From Obrimoposthia wandeli (Eukaryota): a stretch of DNA of 64,000 nt. Both the position numbers and the translations under genes were made by a program. Positions within the stretch are counted from its first letter, which is position 1. Each line of letters begins with the position of its first letter. This document shows positions 38,516-52,797 of this stretch, piece by piece. The stretch is taken from contig CDROCS010001661.1 of the NCBI GenBank assembly GCA_977020255.1, forward strand, positions 1-64,000, read 5' to 3'. Under the pieces are notes generated by a model. The model did no database searches. It was not told the origin of the DNA and was given only the letters and a program-made list of their open reading frames with translations.

Positions 38516-39896
38516 TGATTTTTTACTTTATGAATTATATAAAGTAATGCATAAGTGTTTTTAACTCCCCTCTCATCACCACAAGATACTTAATAATCAT
38601 ATTTAAGACCGTTTAGAACTGAAAATCTCAATGATCGCCCATATAGTGCTCAAATCTCGGAGAGGTAAGTTCACTACATTGATTAATTATTGATTATTCA
38701 AAGTATATGTTAGAGTTAAATTTAAAAGAACATTAAAATAACAAATATTTAAATAACTATCCTTAAAAAATATAAAGCAAATAAATAACAATTGCCTAAG
38801 TTATGCATAAAGTTTATACTAAAATACTTATTAAAATGATATGTAATTAAAATGTTACCCACAATAAAGAAAAATAGTTTTAAAATATTAATTAATTTTA
38901 TGTAAAATTCACCTTTTTACGAATAACCTTTTAAAGAAAGACCTTAGCTCTAAAACTGAACTATTCATAAATGATTAATGAAATATTGATTTACTTCATG
39001 TATGCTCGAAAGTTTTTAAATTTTCATATTAAAAAAGTTCCACAAAAATGTGATTTTTGTTAATTAAAACGTTAATTAATTAAAGTTGAAAGAAGAATTT
39101 CTAGACATCTAAAAGTCGCACATAAATGAACAACTCATCATTTTAAAACATAAATTATTTCCAATTGAAAAATATACGGCTCATCAAAATTACACTTTTG
39201 GGTAAAAACGTCCTATAGTATAAGAAGTACATAAAACTGTACAATACTAACAGGCATACACACTTACTAACGGGTTACCCGATGGAACCTAAGTGGACAA
39301 ATTATCTAGATGACCAAACCTTATTTAGATTAAACTAATCCGAATCAAATTCCCCAACAGAAAGACCCAAGCACTACACAGGAACTAAAAAGAAATTAAA
39401 TTGGTTTTTGGAAATTAAATTCAATAATTTTACTGGACATCCTCCTACGAAGAATACTACAGATAATTATTTTTATTTTTGTGTTATGTTCATGTATTCA
39501 TGTGTTAAAATATTGACATTTTAATTTATGTAACTCTCAGAATATTTAGCCCCCTGGTCATTTTTATTTGTATGTATTAAAATTAAATTACAATTTTTGT
39601 ATTTAATAGAGCCCAACATATACTAGAGATATACTATGAAATTAATTGATAATAAAATATTTCATTTTATAGAATATAATTAGATTAAAAATATTGGGTA
39701 TGCTTCTTTGTACTTTCTTCATTTAAAAAAAGTGCGTCTTTATATTCAGAGCCATTTAAGTTTACTTTTACTTCGAACTACAGACTTGATTAATTTATTC
39801 ACTTTTTATCTTACTGATTCTTTTTCTTGATCTCTTAGGCTTTACTTTTTCTTTGCATTTACGTTTTACTATCAACTTCTTAAAATGCAATGCAAA

Positions 39897-40527
39897 TTAT
39901 TTTTTATAATTTTTTTCTTTTTGTTTATAAACAGTTACTCCCTTAGAATTAAATATATATGTTAAAACACGTAAATCATATAAGCAGGCTTGTGTAAATT
40001 CAATAAATATATATTCATGTGCTTGTTTATCAGCATCATGGAATGAATGAACTAGAAAGTTTTTATTTTGGGTAAAAGCTTGTCTGGCCACGAAATTTAC
40101 AACTGTTTGATCTCTCGAATTTTTAAATAATACTAAGTAATGTATATTAAAATATCTTGATCTATGATGACATCCTTGATGAAAAAGATTTTGAGTGATA
40201 AATATATCTGTTACTTCACGATGTCTTGCAATCTTTGTAAATAAATTATTAAAGTCCGATTCCTTGTTAGCTTCTTGATACTAATCATCAATAATTAATA
40301 TATTTTATTTCTTCAATCTTTCGCACAAGTCGTATCAAATCCTTCAATAAATATTATTACCTTCAACTTGCAAACTTCTGTTTGGTCTATTCTACTTTCC
40401 CCTCCTCCACCATGATACTAAAAAATATTTTTAAAACTGGAATTGGAAATAGTTTCATTTTGTAACAATTTCCTGGGATCCACTTTCCACTGGGATCAAC
40501 TATTTGAAATACGGTATTTTTATTCAT
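39897..40527 (-). pseudogene. Polinton packaging ATPase remnant, copy b
   Basis: Same motifs as copies a and c. Confidence 0.85.
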
Positions 40528-40554
40528 CTTCTTTACATATAGACTTTCATATAA

Positions 40555-41020
40555 TCATTTATTTTCAATATTCGATTCAACAGCCTATTGATAATCCAAA
40601 TTTATCAATCTCAAAATCATAAGTTTCCCACTGGAAAATATATTTACACATATCGGTGAAAACGTCAAATATCTGAGTGCAGGAAACTTTTCAGGTTCAA
40701 ACATGCATCGTTCTATCATTTTCTCTGTAATTTTATAAAGATTTATTGGTTTCCCAAGATTTTATGAAACTATGATTGATTGTTTGGTGCAGATTTGAAT
40801 TCCTAAAGAGTAAATTGATCTCATTAAATGGTGTTTTGCATCCCATAATAAAAACTAACTTGAGGGAAACATACCAACTGTTTTGATACTGAGAAGACCC
40901 ACTCTTCTCAACGAGACATTAAACAATGAGGAAGTATAATAAACTGGTATATACGGATTGGCATAAAATGATTCTTCATAACTTGTTAAGCTTATATTTC
41001 TCCAAATACTTTTTAGCATT
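40555..41020 (-). pseudogene. TBP-like gene remnant, copy b
   Basis: Duplicate of 5170-5636. Confidence 0.8.
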
Positions 41021-41184
41021 CAAAACGAAAAAATAAATTCATTTCAATAAAATTCCTGCGACAATTGAGGATATTTATAGATTTATTTTCAACCAATACA
41101 TTATTACAAAAAAATATTTAGATACAATTGAATTTTCCGAACAGATAATACATAATTTTAATACAAAATTTATCAAATCATAGA

Positions 41185-42054
41185 ATGGATTCATGTATCA
41201 TTTGTACTGGAGAGCTAGAGGATGGTGAAGTTTGTGTGACTGAGTGCAGACACTATTTCCACACCGAGTGTCTCAAGGTATGGATGCTAGTCAACTGTAG
41301 CTGTCCATTTGAACGAAATGAATTGCAGTACATCTTCATTTGTCAAAATGGCACTGAGAGCCGAGTTAGTGTGGCCACACTTCTGCGGAAAGAATGGGAA
41401 GGATTGTGCAGAGAGATTGTGGAGGATAGTAAAGCGAAGTGTTCGGTCTTGTATGAGGTGCTGACGACCCAGATGGTGCTGACCCATGAATTTCTAGAAT
41501 TAGCTGCACAACAACGGGATCACGGACCGACACTGGAAAAGTGGTTCCATTGTCTTTCGTATTTATGCAACACTATGCAAAGCTTCGAGGATGAGTTCAC
41601 AGAAAACTTCATCAAGGTCCTGGAAACAGAACAGAATTCAGAAGGCTCTGACAGTCTGGAGTCGTCTTTGAATTGCATGAAAGATGTGCAAGAACAGCTG
41701 TTATCTCTTGTACACATCTGCAGCGTGTTAGGGGCCATAGGTGGCGATTTGGACCGGGTCCGATCTTTGTGTCAAGATTTAGAACTACTGGTCGACATCA
41801 CACGGGAAGGTGTAGTCGATCTCAAGATCTACTTCCTCACGACGAAGCTGCCAACTCAGCTGAGAGGTAACATGAAAATAGTGCTTTTTGGAAGAGCTTC
41901 AATGCAGCATTGTGCCATGTGCCGAGAAGAAATCGTTGATGTTGAGCGACTCCACGAGAGCCCCAAGACCTTAGGTATTTGTGGCCACAGGATCTGTCAC
42001 AACTGCACCCTAGAATTACACGAGTTGGACATATTTTGTCCACATGAAAATTGA
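41185..42054 (+). CDS. Twin-RING protein (N-terminal RING-H2-like, C-terminal RING-HC-like), putative E3 ubiquitin ligase, intact copy 3
   Basis: 289-aa intronless ORF: C-x2-C...C-x-H-x2-H-x2-C...CPFE and C-x2-C...CGHRICHNC...CPHE, joined by a predicted helical linker. E3 activity is inferred from RING family knowledge. Confidence 0.9.
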   Translation: MDSCIICTGELEDGEVCVTECRHYFHTECLKVWMLVNCSCPFERNELQYIFICQNGTESRVSVATLLRKEWEGLCREIVEDSKAKCSVLYEVLTTQMVLTHEFLELAAQQRDHGPTLEKWFHCLSYLCNTMQSFEDEFTENFIKVLETEQNSEGSDSLESSLNCMKDVQEQLLSLVHICSVLGAIGGDLDRVRSLCQDLELLVDITREGVVDLKIYFLTTKLPTQLRGNMKIVLFGRASMQHCAMCREEIVDVERLHESPKTLGICGHRICHNCTLELHELDIFCPHEN

Positions 42055-44469
42055 ATTCTTTTGACAAGTACCAAAAAGGCTTTGTTTTTTAATAAATTTA
42101 GTAATCTTTCTAAAATTACTTTGTATAAAATTACTTTTAATATTATTAAATTGAACAAAGGCAGTTATTTATTTTAATATAACATTATAAATAACATGCT
42201 TTTAATTTTTTTATTAACAATATTTACACTTCAAACCTTTAACTAACCATGTAGTACAGTTGGCGTCCACAAAATGTAAGAATACAAGTTGATTTAATCC
42301 ACTCAATGATGCTGGAGGGGATTTGAGTGTTTTATTTTACACTGCAATAAAAGCCGTTACAATATTTGTTCTATCTGAAATACAAATGAAAAAAACATTA
42401 GGAAAGTGAGAACATACTAACTATTCATTTTTTTATATTTAATACTTGATATATTAATAATGTTAAAAATAAACTATCTTATTTAAACTTTTTAGATTTT
42501 TTTATTAAATTTTAAATCTAGTGAGGATACAAGTTAAGGGTTATGGAATGCTGGCGGGTAATTTTAATACTTTTACCATTTTTTAATTAATTTTTATTAT
42601 ATTTGAATTTTTATTATTGAAATATTAATTAACTAAATTTTAATTAATTAAAATTTTATAATACATATCCGTTTAATAATATAATTTTATTTAAATACAC
42701 AAATTAATATATTATATATTTTTACTAAAAAATAATGTTAAATAATCAAACATTACCGATAAAACTTTTTCTAAAGTGGGAAAATAATGAAAAATTATAA
42801 AAACCTAAATATAAATAGAGAATAAGATTGGATCAAGTAACGAACACCGAGAAAACACTGCATTTTAAGTATTCAGGGTCTGAAACAGTATCATCAAATT
42901 TTAACAGATAGTTTCCGCTAAATAAAATCCCTTTTAAACCAATTAAGCTCTCCACAATTCAAATGCGGCAGATAGATCAAAAAGTATTATTAGTACGCAT
43001 TTTTCATAGTTTAAATATTTTAATACATTTTATACTAAACAATGCCATTTTAGTTCAATGATAACTTCTATAAGCTGTTTGGCAAATACATAAACACATT
43101 CTTTTTTAAGTAACTGATTAATTGTTTCAAAACTTATTTTTCAAGAACTTTCAATAAACATTAAAAGTTTAAATTGTATTTACAAATTGATAAATTGGCT
43201 TTGTGCGCACACAAAACATAATACCGAAAATGATTGCATAATACCACAAGGATGGCCTGTCACACTATTAGCATTACAAAGACGATTAACTTTAGATCAA
43301 ACTTTTCGATGGTTTCACTGATTTCTGTCAGTGAATGAAATGTCAATTCCAGTCAACTATAATAGTAAATAAAAAAAATGCCTGTTATCAGTAATGAGCA
43401 AATATTTATTGAAGGTGACTACTGAATTTTGACGGGTATTGCATAGAGAACATTAAAATTCTAGGTAGTGTACTAAAAAAATAAATTGCAAAAGTTATAA
43501 CTTAATCTTAAAAAATATCAAAGATCATTTTATTTGTAATAAAAACCAATTCAAAATTTTTTCTAACAAACCATAAAACACTAAGTTAAATAATCAACAA
43601 TGAAATTTGACATTTTGAATATATAACGGTCACTGTCTTTCAGTAAATTGAATATATTTATTTGTATACTTACTTTCACACATTTTTAATTTTTAGACAG
43701 TGCAGTAACAAAGTTTCATATGGGTAGCTACCCAGCCATCTCATGGCTTTATTAAATATTAGTAGATTGCGATGTGTTTCAAGGTATGCAAATATGATTA
43801 TAGATAATGGTAAAAAATTATACTTCCCCAAGGCTTTTCCGCGTGAATTCTAAATATTGCCGAATTGAGACAGAAGAAACGATAGAAAAACGTTTAACTA
43901 AATATTTATCTTGTTGTTATTATTGATTCATTTCTGACATGTTTTAAAAACTTTTCAAAATTAATTTTGTAAGATGTAGGGGAACTCAGAATAACTTGGC
44001 ATCATATTATTCTAGAGTATGAAATATATACCAAAAAAGAATTAAACATTGGGTAAAAGTAGTGCCAAAGACGTTTTGCAGAAAATCTGAAAATTACATT
44101 TTTAAAGAAAAATATAAATAACATTTCAAAGTAAAAGTTTTTATTAATATTTAACTGACATATACTAATATATATCGTAACATTAAATTGTTTTTAAGAT
44201 TATTTTATTCTCTTTTCTAAGGTTTGTGATATATTTTAGATTAAAACTGTAATATTATGCAATTTAGACTCGTCTTGCATGATAAAAAGTTTTCCTCGAA
44301 AGAAAAATCAGATACAATATGAAATTCTTTAAAACGCGATAGATACTAAATTCTAGGACATTATATTGAGGAGTTTGGAAAAAATATGTATATGTTCTAA
44401 ATTTGATTGAGGATATACCAAAATTGTCTCTCATAAGATTGAGACTATTGCTGATCCAATTTTCAAAAT

Positions 44470-46420
44470 CTAGACGACAAGCAATGCAATTAGAAATCCA
44501 ATTTGATGAAAGGATGAAAGTCATTCGAACCTTCATTGGTCATTGTAAAGAAACCAGACAATACAAATCGAATGTGTGTTGACTACAGCCAATTATATGA
44601 TGTAACCAAGAAGTTTACATTTTCAATACAAGATGCACAACTCTTGTTCGATTGTATAGGTGATGAAAAAATATTTACGACACTAGATATTGGACAAGCT
44701 TATTACCAGGTAGATCTAGAGAAAGAATCTCAGACAAAATCGACTCTCAGTACAAAACTGAGACAATTTTATTTCAGTTGGTGGCCATTTGGGTTGGCTA
44801 CAGGACCTGCCACATTCCAGAATCATACATAGAAATTCTAATGGATTGCTGTTCAGAAGAAAAATTGTATATCTGGATGATATCCTTGTCTATAGTAACA
44901 ACCAAGAAGAACATTATAAATTATTAAGGGAAGCATTCAAAAGAATTGCAGCTGCAGGTCTCAATATAAACCCTAATAAACGCTACAATGATCAGAAACT
45001 GTTAAAAGCCATAGGTCATACGATAACACAAAGCTAAATACATATAAATCAGTCTAAAGTCAACGAAATTATAAATTTCAAAGAACCCGACTGTAAGGGA
45101 AACTATGATCATACTTAGGAATGACAAACTATTATCGACGATTTATAAAAGTTTATGCCAATATTGCAGTCCCACTATGTCACAAGGCAATCATACTAGA
45201 CTTTTCCAGGTGAAATAAAACATTTATAATTTTAACAGATGCCAGTTTTGGTGCGATTTGGGGCAATATTGTGCCAACTGAATGAAATGAGAAACAAAAA
45301 AGTGATTGCATATGCTTCAAAACATTTGACTTTTCATGAGAAAGAATATTGTGTTACCAGAAAGGAACTTTTAGAAGAATACTAATTTAATATGTATTTC
45401 AAACAATATTTATATGGAACAGAATTTTTTGGAAAGAACATATCATAAATCGTAAGTGTTTTTAAGAACAACAAAAATTTCAATCAGTCCTCAATTTCAA
45501 ATATTACTGAAAGTTTATCAAAATTTAATTTTAAGTTAGAACATCGTAAAGGTATTGACCATGGTATTGCCGATGGCTTGTTAAGATTGAATGAAACCGA
45601 CTGCACTCAGTGCAAAACTAAACATATATATGCACAAGAGAAGATATCTAAAATACAATATATTCACTCACTAAATGAAGACAACTTCTTCAGTAAGATA
45701 AGAAAAATACAACAAGAATATATTCATGTGAAAGAAATGAAAGTGTGCATTTAATTATAAAGTATAGATTTATCAGAAGAATGCAAAATAAATTGGATTT
45801 AGCAGATAAAAGAAACACTTAAACTCTGCGATGATATCTTTTATTTTGAACATAATTTTACAGATTTAATAGTCATACCTACGAAAACGCTTATGAAATT
45901 ATTAATAACATTTATCAATATCTTTGTCATCTAGGAATGCATAAGGTTTATAAATATATGAAATATAATTTTATTTTGGAAAGAATAATTCAAAAATAAA
46001 ATAAATAAGTTGAATTTTTAGATCAAATGCTTGTCGATACAGCCCACATGAAGGAAGGATGATCTAAAAAGAAATATATGTCGATAGTAATCGATCGATT
46101 TAGTAAACTGGTATTACTATTAATAACTACAAAATAAGATGAAATAACAATTACTAAAGAACTCATAGACAAATTGAATATATACATTTGGGAAACCTAA
46201 AAGCATTTTAATAGATATAGGACGAATATTTACTGGAAATTATTTTCAGAATTAGCGACGAAAATTTGGTATGTTCAATACAGCTCTTAATCAAAGTAAC
46301 GGTCTGGAAGTAAGAGTTATACACACATTAAGATATATGATGGTTAAGACAAAAGTGTCTACTAAAACAGGAAAATGCGGGTTGGATTTTACTCGGCATA
46401 TTTGGTTGCAGATAATGACG
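44470..46420 (+). mobile_element. Ty3/Gypsy pol remnant (duplicate of 9100-11050)
   Basis: Same RT/RH/INT motifs; LGTGPATFQ-like RT motif (WPFGLATGPATFQ) is in frame here. Confidence 0.92.
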
Positions 46421-47156
46421 AGGAATAATATTTGTGAGAGTCTAGTGCTGTGAAAATAGATGATAGTGAGCCTCTATGGTATCCCATTAAAGTGTATGTA
46501 GAGAAAGAGAAGAGAGCGGAGGAGAAGGAGAAACCTAGAATCGAAGATTTAGATCAAACTGAAGGAGAGGCAGCAAAAGAGGACAATGTAAATAATTTTT
46601 GCATATATATATATATTTTTAAAAAATAATAAGTAATTTTTACTAACAAATATTTTAATTAATTCTCTCTCATTTGATCGGGTAGAATTAAGTCAATTGT
46701 AACAGTTATTGTAAATAATGAAACATTTTGAAGATTTACGGTAGCATTAGGCGATAAAGTAAATGACGCGATTATAAGCGCTACTAGAATAGGTCAAATT
46801 TTAGACAGATTCAGTGATAAGGTAAATTATGATGTTATAAGCACTACTAGAATATGTCACCGGTATAATATAGATACTATTTATACAAATCCCGGAATAT
46901 TTTTAGGAACTAGAGAGACAAGAGTGTCTTTTAGTCATTGCTCTTTGGAAGAAAGGGTGTTAGTAGAAAAGCTTGCGGAAGCTCGTTTTCCTCATTTTCC
47001 CCAATTGACTAATTTAAATAGTACATTTTCTGCAACCAATATTTTAGGGAATAAAGATAAAAAGGTAAAAGTAAATACCTTCATTAAGCCTAACCTCAAG
47101 TCGTGTTTTTTAATATAGAGCAAAAATATCCGTGTGATTGAGTACATGGAGAGGTG

Positions 47157-47900
47157 TAGTTGGAAGGATATACGTGGAAAGGTAAGATACTCTGGGAGTA
47201 CTGGTTGGAATCGGAAGGGAAATGCATAAGACCAGACGACGTTATTAAGAGCGGTGCAAACGTCAGGGTAACACCAAAATTGAAAGATGACATGGAACAT
47301 GAGAAGAATATAACTAAGTTGGATATAATACTAGCAGGAGAAGAGTGGTCAGATTCATGTAACACTAGAGAAGATACAGATTAAAGAAAAGAGTATAGAG
47401 ATATCGTACGAAGATTTGGTGAACAAAATAATAAGGAATTGGAGCAGGCGCTGGAGTAAAAAGAACAACTCGAGATAATGGAAATAAAAAGTGACATTGC
47501 AAAGATAGAAAGAGAATTTGAAACTAGAACCAAAGAAGAGTCAAGCTATGTGAAAGAAGAAGTCAATAGATAAAAGAAGTCAGACAGAAACGTTTTAAAG
47601 GGTCGGAAAAAGATTAGTATTCCATACTTCTTTGGTGATTATAAATATTATGAGAGTAGGCGGGCAATATTTGATACTGTCATCGATCAGACCGATGCAC
47701 CAAGGCAAGAAAATAATGCTGCAGCTGATGGAGGTTCACGGATGCAAGTTACGATAAAGCTTTAAGATTGCTAGAAGAAAGATACGATGGAAGGGAAAGA
47801 AATTAAAGAGGTTTATTGGATGAAATTTAAATGTTTAGAGTGATAAGATGGGGAGAAGACCAAGATCTGGATGCAATTTTACAATTAATAAACAAGATAA
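47157..47900 (+). mobile_element. BEL/Pao gag remnant (duplicate)
   Basis: Copy of 11790-12530. Confidence 0.7.
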
Positions 47901-48326
47901 TACTATTTAAAGCACATCCGCTTGTGGTAATTCGTACACCAACGAAGGCCGAGTCAGCGGACAATGGAAGCGGAGGCACCATAATTTTCACAGAAATCAC
48001 GATAGGCATATAAGTTTTAGATGTTTTTGAAGAATATTTTAACATAGTTCGAGTTAAAAATGAAAATATATTTTGGGATAAAATTAGACTGAAGAACGAT
48101 CCATAGAGTAAACATGATCTGATAGAGGTAAATAAATATTAATTTGGAATTCAGCATGTTCGAATCATATATATAAACTTTAAAAATCCCACAACAGAAG
48201 AAGGTTTTCAAATGTGAGCCAGTAATAGTTATTTGTATTAAATTTTTGTATATTTAATTATTGTAATTAATTTAACACTTTATAATTTTTTTTATTATAA
48301 TTTTAAAGAAAATAATAATTTTAGAA

Positions 48327-48364
<38 letters not shown>

Positions 48365-48799
48365 CAATCGTACTTGTACTTGAAAAATTAATTACATAAA
48401 ATGATACATTATCATGAAGTGGTCGCAGTGACCCCATGCTAATAATGAAGTAGAACACAGGTGTATATCACTTTTAATATTAGTTTAATTTGAGTAACAT
48501 TGGTTGTTAGCTGGTAATTATATCAACAGTTACTAAACTTGTAAGCTTTAAACTGTATTTAGCGATGTTTTTAAAACAAACCATTTTAATTAGTTTATTA
48601 TCAAAACAAGCCAGGGTAATCAGATATGGGGTTTTTTTCATCCATAGATGAAAGGGTCTGGCTCAATTATAACTTGACGGTTTGAAGGTATGGTTGGCCA
48701 ACATATCCAAGGGGTTGAGGTCGTCTATATATGAAGGGGTAGGGATCAGTTACGACTTGAAGTTATATTTGATGTCATCTTAATTTTTAAAATTTATTT

Positions 48800-49660
48800 A
48801 AATCTGAACTTTAAATTTTACTGGGATATTTTTCTCCAATATTCTCTGATATATTCTCCAACAGTATCAAATTAACAATATTTCCTACCTTTTTCTTTGA
48901 TTTATATGCAATGTATATGTAGGAATTTTTATAACATAAATATATTTTTCTTTGATGACGGCATCATTGTATCAAAGTACATTAATCCTTATATTCGGAT
49001 TCTTTGTCTCAAACTTTAATATATTTGAAATCTTCATTGGCATATCTGTTTCGTCAAACATCAAATCTTTCAAAACTGGTGAATACTTTCATACAAGAGT
49101 TGTATGATTAGTAATCTCACCATGTTTCAAATCAGCCAGAATTAAATAAATAAAACACAGATTGTCATTGTTTTGAAAACTTACAATAGCTTTACTTTTT
49201 TATAACGATTTTTGTGTTGGAATGTTTGAATGTCCAGATAATGCAGATCTTTCACTATATTTCGTTATGACAAATACATAGTCTAAAACTTTTATTAATT
49301 TCCATCCACTTCATTTTCGGAATATTCTTCAACTCTCTTATCCATAGTTTCTTCGATTTCAGGCATTTTTCATAAATAAATATGACCGCCTTATGAGACC
49401 GTTCTCCTTTTTTAATTTCATCCGTATAAAGTATTGAATTTTTGCATTGCCCATATTATTCATTATTTCTGCTACTTTAAATAGAAGATTATTCGGAATT
49501 TTTAAATCAATAAGATCTAGATGAGCAACTTTCATTGTCGAAGCCGGAACTGCGATTGGAGTCAAATCATAATTTAAAGCTATAGTCGGAATTGAATTTA
49601 AAAATCTTTTTTCTACTTATAAATGCTATTAAATAATGTTTTCTATAAAATTCTTATAAT
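48800..49660 (-). pseudogene. Polinton PolB N-terminal fragment, copy 3
   Basis: Copy of 13440-14300 with local sequence differences near 48840-48960. Confidence 0.85.
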
Positions 49661-49695
49661 TATCCAGTTCTGTAGTTGAACAATATGGACAAATA

Positions 49696-50486
49696 TGTTG
49701 GGAATGAAAAAAATTGAGTTATTTATGATGGGTTAATTAGTGGAAAAGTTAATTAATTGTTCCCTTAATTGAGGGGCGATTGGAGGGGTTATATAGATGC
49801 ACTTTGGCATTTTTGTTTTCCTTCAGTCCCTGACCGGCTTAACCGGTTTCGCCCTGCCGGCTCGTCGGGGGGACGGCAGATTTATCTCTAGCTTCGCGGT
49901 GGGCAAAATGCCAGCGAAGTCAGAGATAAAAAAGAAAAACAGATTAGAAGAAAAACACTTACCTGCACAAAGTCGTTCAGGTTTCACAGAACCACCTCCA
50001 CTACCGCGATCTGCCTTGGCGCGGGAAGCAGAACTCCGGACCTTCTTCCACATCTTCATCGCTCGGCAACCTCCGCTGTCCAGACCGCCTTCATCGGATG
50101 CAGTCCTGTTTTCTCTTCTTTCAACAGCGGCAGTCTTCTGCATGTTTGTGTGTCTCCAAAAACAGTTACAGCACAAATCGATATCTCCTTATCTCTGCCT
50201 TTTGCACTCTGTTAACTGAGCATTTACTGCTGACTGTATGCAGGTGATCAGTTGCTATAAATAGCAACATATTTTTGGATTCGTGACACAAACAACTATA
50301 ATAATTATTATCATTGCTTTGACAATTTACAGAACCGTATTGGAAATAAAAAATTGCATTTTGATTTTTGTTGTTGAATTTATCGCATTTTGAGTTATAA
50401 CAATTTCATTGGGAAACAAAACGATTGGAGTTGATATAATTTTGGAAACATAGAGTTTTGAATTTATTGAATTCGGAGATATAACA
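49696..50486 (+). mobile_element. 791-bp solo LTR (duplicate)
   Basis: TGTT...AACA ends with AATA TSD, at the same site as 14334. Confidence 0.85.
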
Positions 50487-51787
50487 AATATAATACATGT
50501 CTTAACGATATTTATACCCATAATATTGTTGTATTTTATTGTGACATTTTTCTAAATTCAAATGTTGAAGTTCTTGACAATGAGATGGATATTACGCTAA
50601 TTGCGCTAGATAACAAACTACAAAGAAAGTATTAGGTTTGAAAACTGTTCAATTATCTAGTAATTAAAACTATAATAAAGAAATACAATAAAGTTTATAA
50701 ATAGTATTAAACTAAACATTGAGAATATAATTGTCGTTTTTATCAATTATTTAATTGTCTTTTATTACAAAGTAGACAATATCTAACAAATTAATTCACG
50801 TACTATTTTATATTGACAAAAGAATCATTGTTGAAAAGGATTAATACACAGATTAACCAGAAGATATATGGAGAAAATAGTGTTTTACTGATAATAAGCA
50901 TTTTAAGCTGACCAAAAAATTATTTGTTATTTATATACTATTTTTAAAAAATATTTATTTAACATTAAGAGTACATGATATAAGGTTTTAGTGAAATAAA
51001 TCAGTGGCTTCAGTATGGGGAGTATAGCAATATGATCTGGGAGGTGATCACAAGTTAGTTGGTCGAGTGAAATTTAAGGACATGTTAAACATATTTGTTG
51101 TGAGATGCATTAAATTATAAAGATTTTTTATTATCACAAGAGGTCTTTCAGAATATGTATACCAATATGATTAGAAGTTTAGAAGATAATGCAGTTTTTG
51201 TCAACGGGATACTCGGAATTGTATTAACTAATTTTTCCAGAGACTTAAACCAAAAAACTTAAAGAAATAAGTGAAGAAAATTATAAAGCTGAAAATACAT
51301 TTTTAAGTAAATTATATTGTTATTTACGAAAACTCACGAAATAATTATTACAAAATTTTGCTACACTACAATTATTCCATTCTGCTTATTCGAACAAACA
51401 CACAACATTGATAATTGCACTAAACTAGAATTTTTAACATTCAATTTTTGTAGGAAATATTTTAAGGGTTTTCTGATATTGTTTTTTTTCGATTATAAAT
51501 TTTTCCCAATATGTCAAATGTTTTCTTAAATTTGTCATTCTTCAATTTTTTTTAATAAATAGCCTAGAAAGACTTTCTCTACCCTTTTGAAGGCCTAGAA
51601 AATATACATTATTATACACTACAAGATTAGTAATTAAAATTGTAGTTCCTAGATTTCTGTGGTAAATGTAATGATGATAGTGGTGAAAAATATTTTTGTT
51701 CTGGATGCCAAAAAAGATTATCACCAGATTTTATTAAATAAAGAGAGTAGGAAATATGTGGTGTTTGGTGAATAATGTAAAAGAACT

Positions 51788-52210
51788 GTTAAATGTTTAG
51801 GAGATATGTTACGTGCCGACGGATTGAGACCTACGAAAGATAGATGTGATAAATTGAAAGCATATCCAACACCAAAGAATCACAATGAATTTAGAAGTGT
51901 TTTAGACTTAGCAGGATATGTGGGTCAGAAGTTATCTAAAGGCTATTCGGAATTAGTTGGAGATTTATGGGATATTATGAAGAAAGATGTTTATGTATGG
52001 AAAGACAGCCATGAATCTCAGTTTATAAAATTGAAACATGAATTATCAATTATAAACCCTTTGAAAATATTTAATAATGAGTTAAAGTGAAACTTAGAAC
52101 AGATGCAAGTGACTATGGGCTCGGTGCTGTTCTATTACAAGATAATCAACTTATTATTTATGTCTCACGAAAATTAAATGACACGGAAATAAGGTACTCA
52201 CAAATATAAA
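51788..52210 (+). mobile_element. Gypsy RT connection/RNaseH fragment (duplicate)
   Basis: Copy of 16420-16845. Confidence 0.88.
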
Positions 52211-52703
52211 CTTGGCCAATGTTGAATAATAAAAGTAAGCCTTGGTTTTATTGATTTGGTAAATTTAATGGTTATGCACACCTAACTTGGCCAATGCTAA
52301 ATAATGAAAGTAAGGATTGGTTGTATTGATTTTTTAATGAGACCAAAATATGTGGTAATTGTGATGATGATAGTGGTGATGGTGGGTGATGGTGGGATGA
52401 TAATGTGTAGTGGTAATAATGATAAGTTTATTATTATTTTTGTTATAGAATTATAATAATCCATTCCATGGATTATGAGTTTGAAATCCTGGGTGACATG
52501 CCTAAATAATTATGATTATAATTATTGGAGTATTTTTTAAAGTTGAATTTAAATCAATAAAGTTGTTAGTGGCTTATGATTTAAAGCTCTTTCAGTGTCT
52601 TATACGATAAATTGTCTACACTTGTCTACTTATGATAATCTATGCTTATGTGACCTTCAATTGAAAGCACAATAATTTCATAGATATTATATGTCTGCTC
52701 ATG

Positions 52704-52797
52704 AGTAGGTGGATATGTCCGGTCTAATTCACGCCATCCTCCTACCGCCGGAGGGCTACCACTGTCATTTAATACCGTGCATGTGTGTGGAGTGAAA
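52704..52797 (+). repeat. Truncated terminal repeat copy (duplicate of 17336)
   Basis: AGTAGGTGGATATGTCCGG...GGAGTGAAA. Confidence 0.7.

Larger units (their letters stand above)
32819..39250. repeat. Right arm of giant inverted duplication
   Basis: Reverse complement of 24603-29257, plus about 1.85 kb (36076-37930) that is absent from the left arm. Confidence 0.92.

Noticed and set aside
41185-42054. RBR (RING-IBR-RING) ligase assignment
   Set aside because: The linker has no Cys/His IBR pattern and the first RING is H2-type.
41287-42067. Short antisense and alternate-frame ORFs over the RING genes
   Set aside because: They are shadows of the GC-richer RING CDS and recur only because the gene is duplicated.
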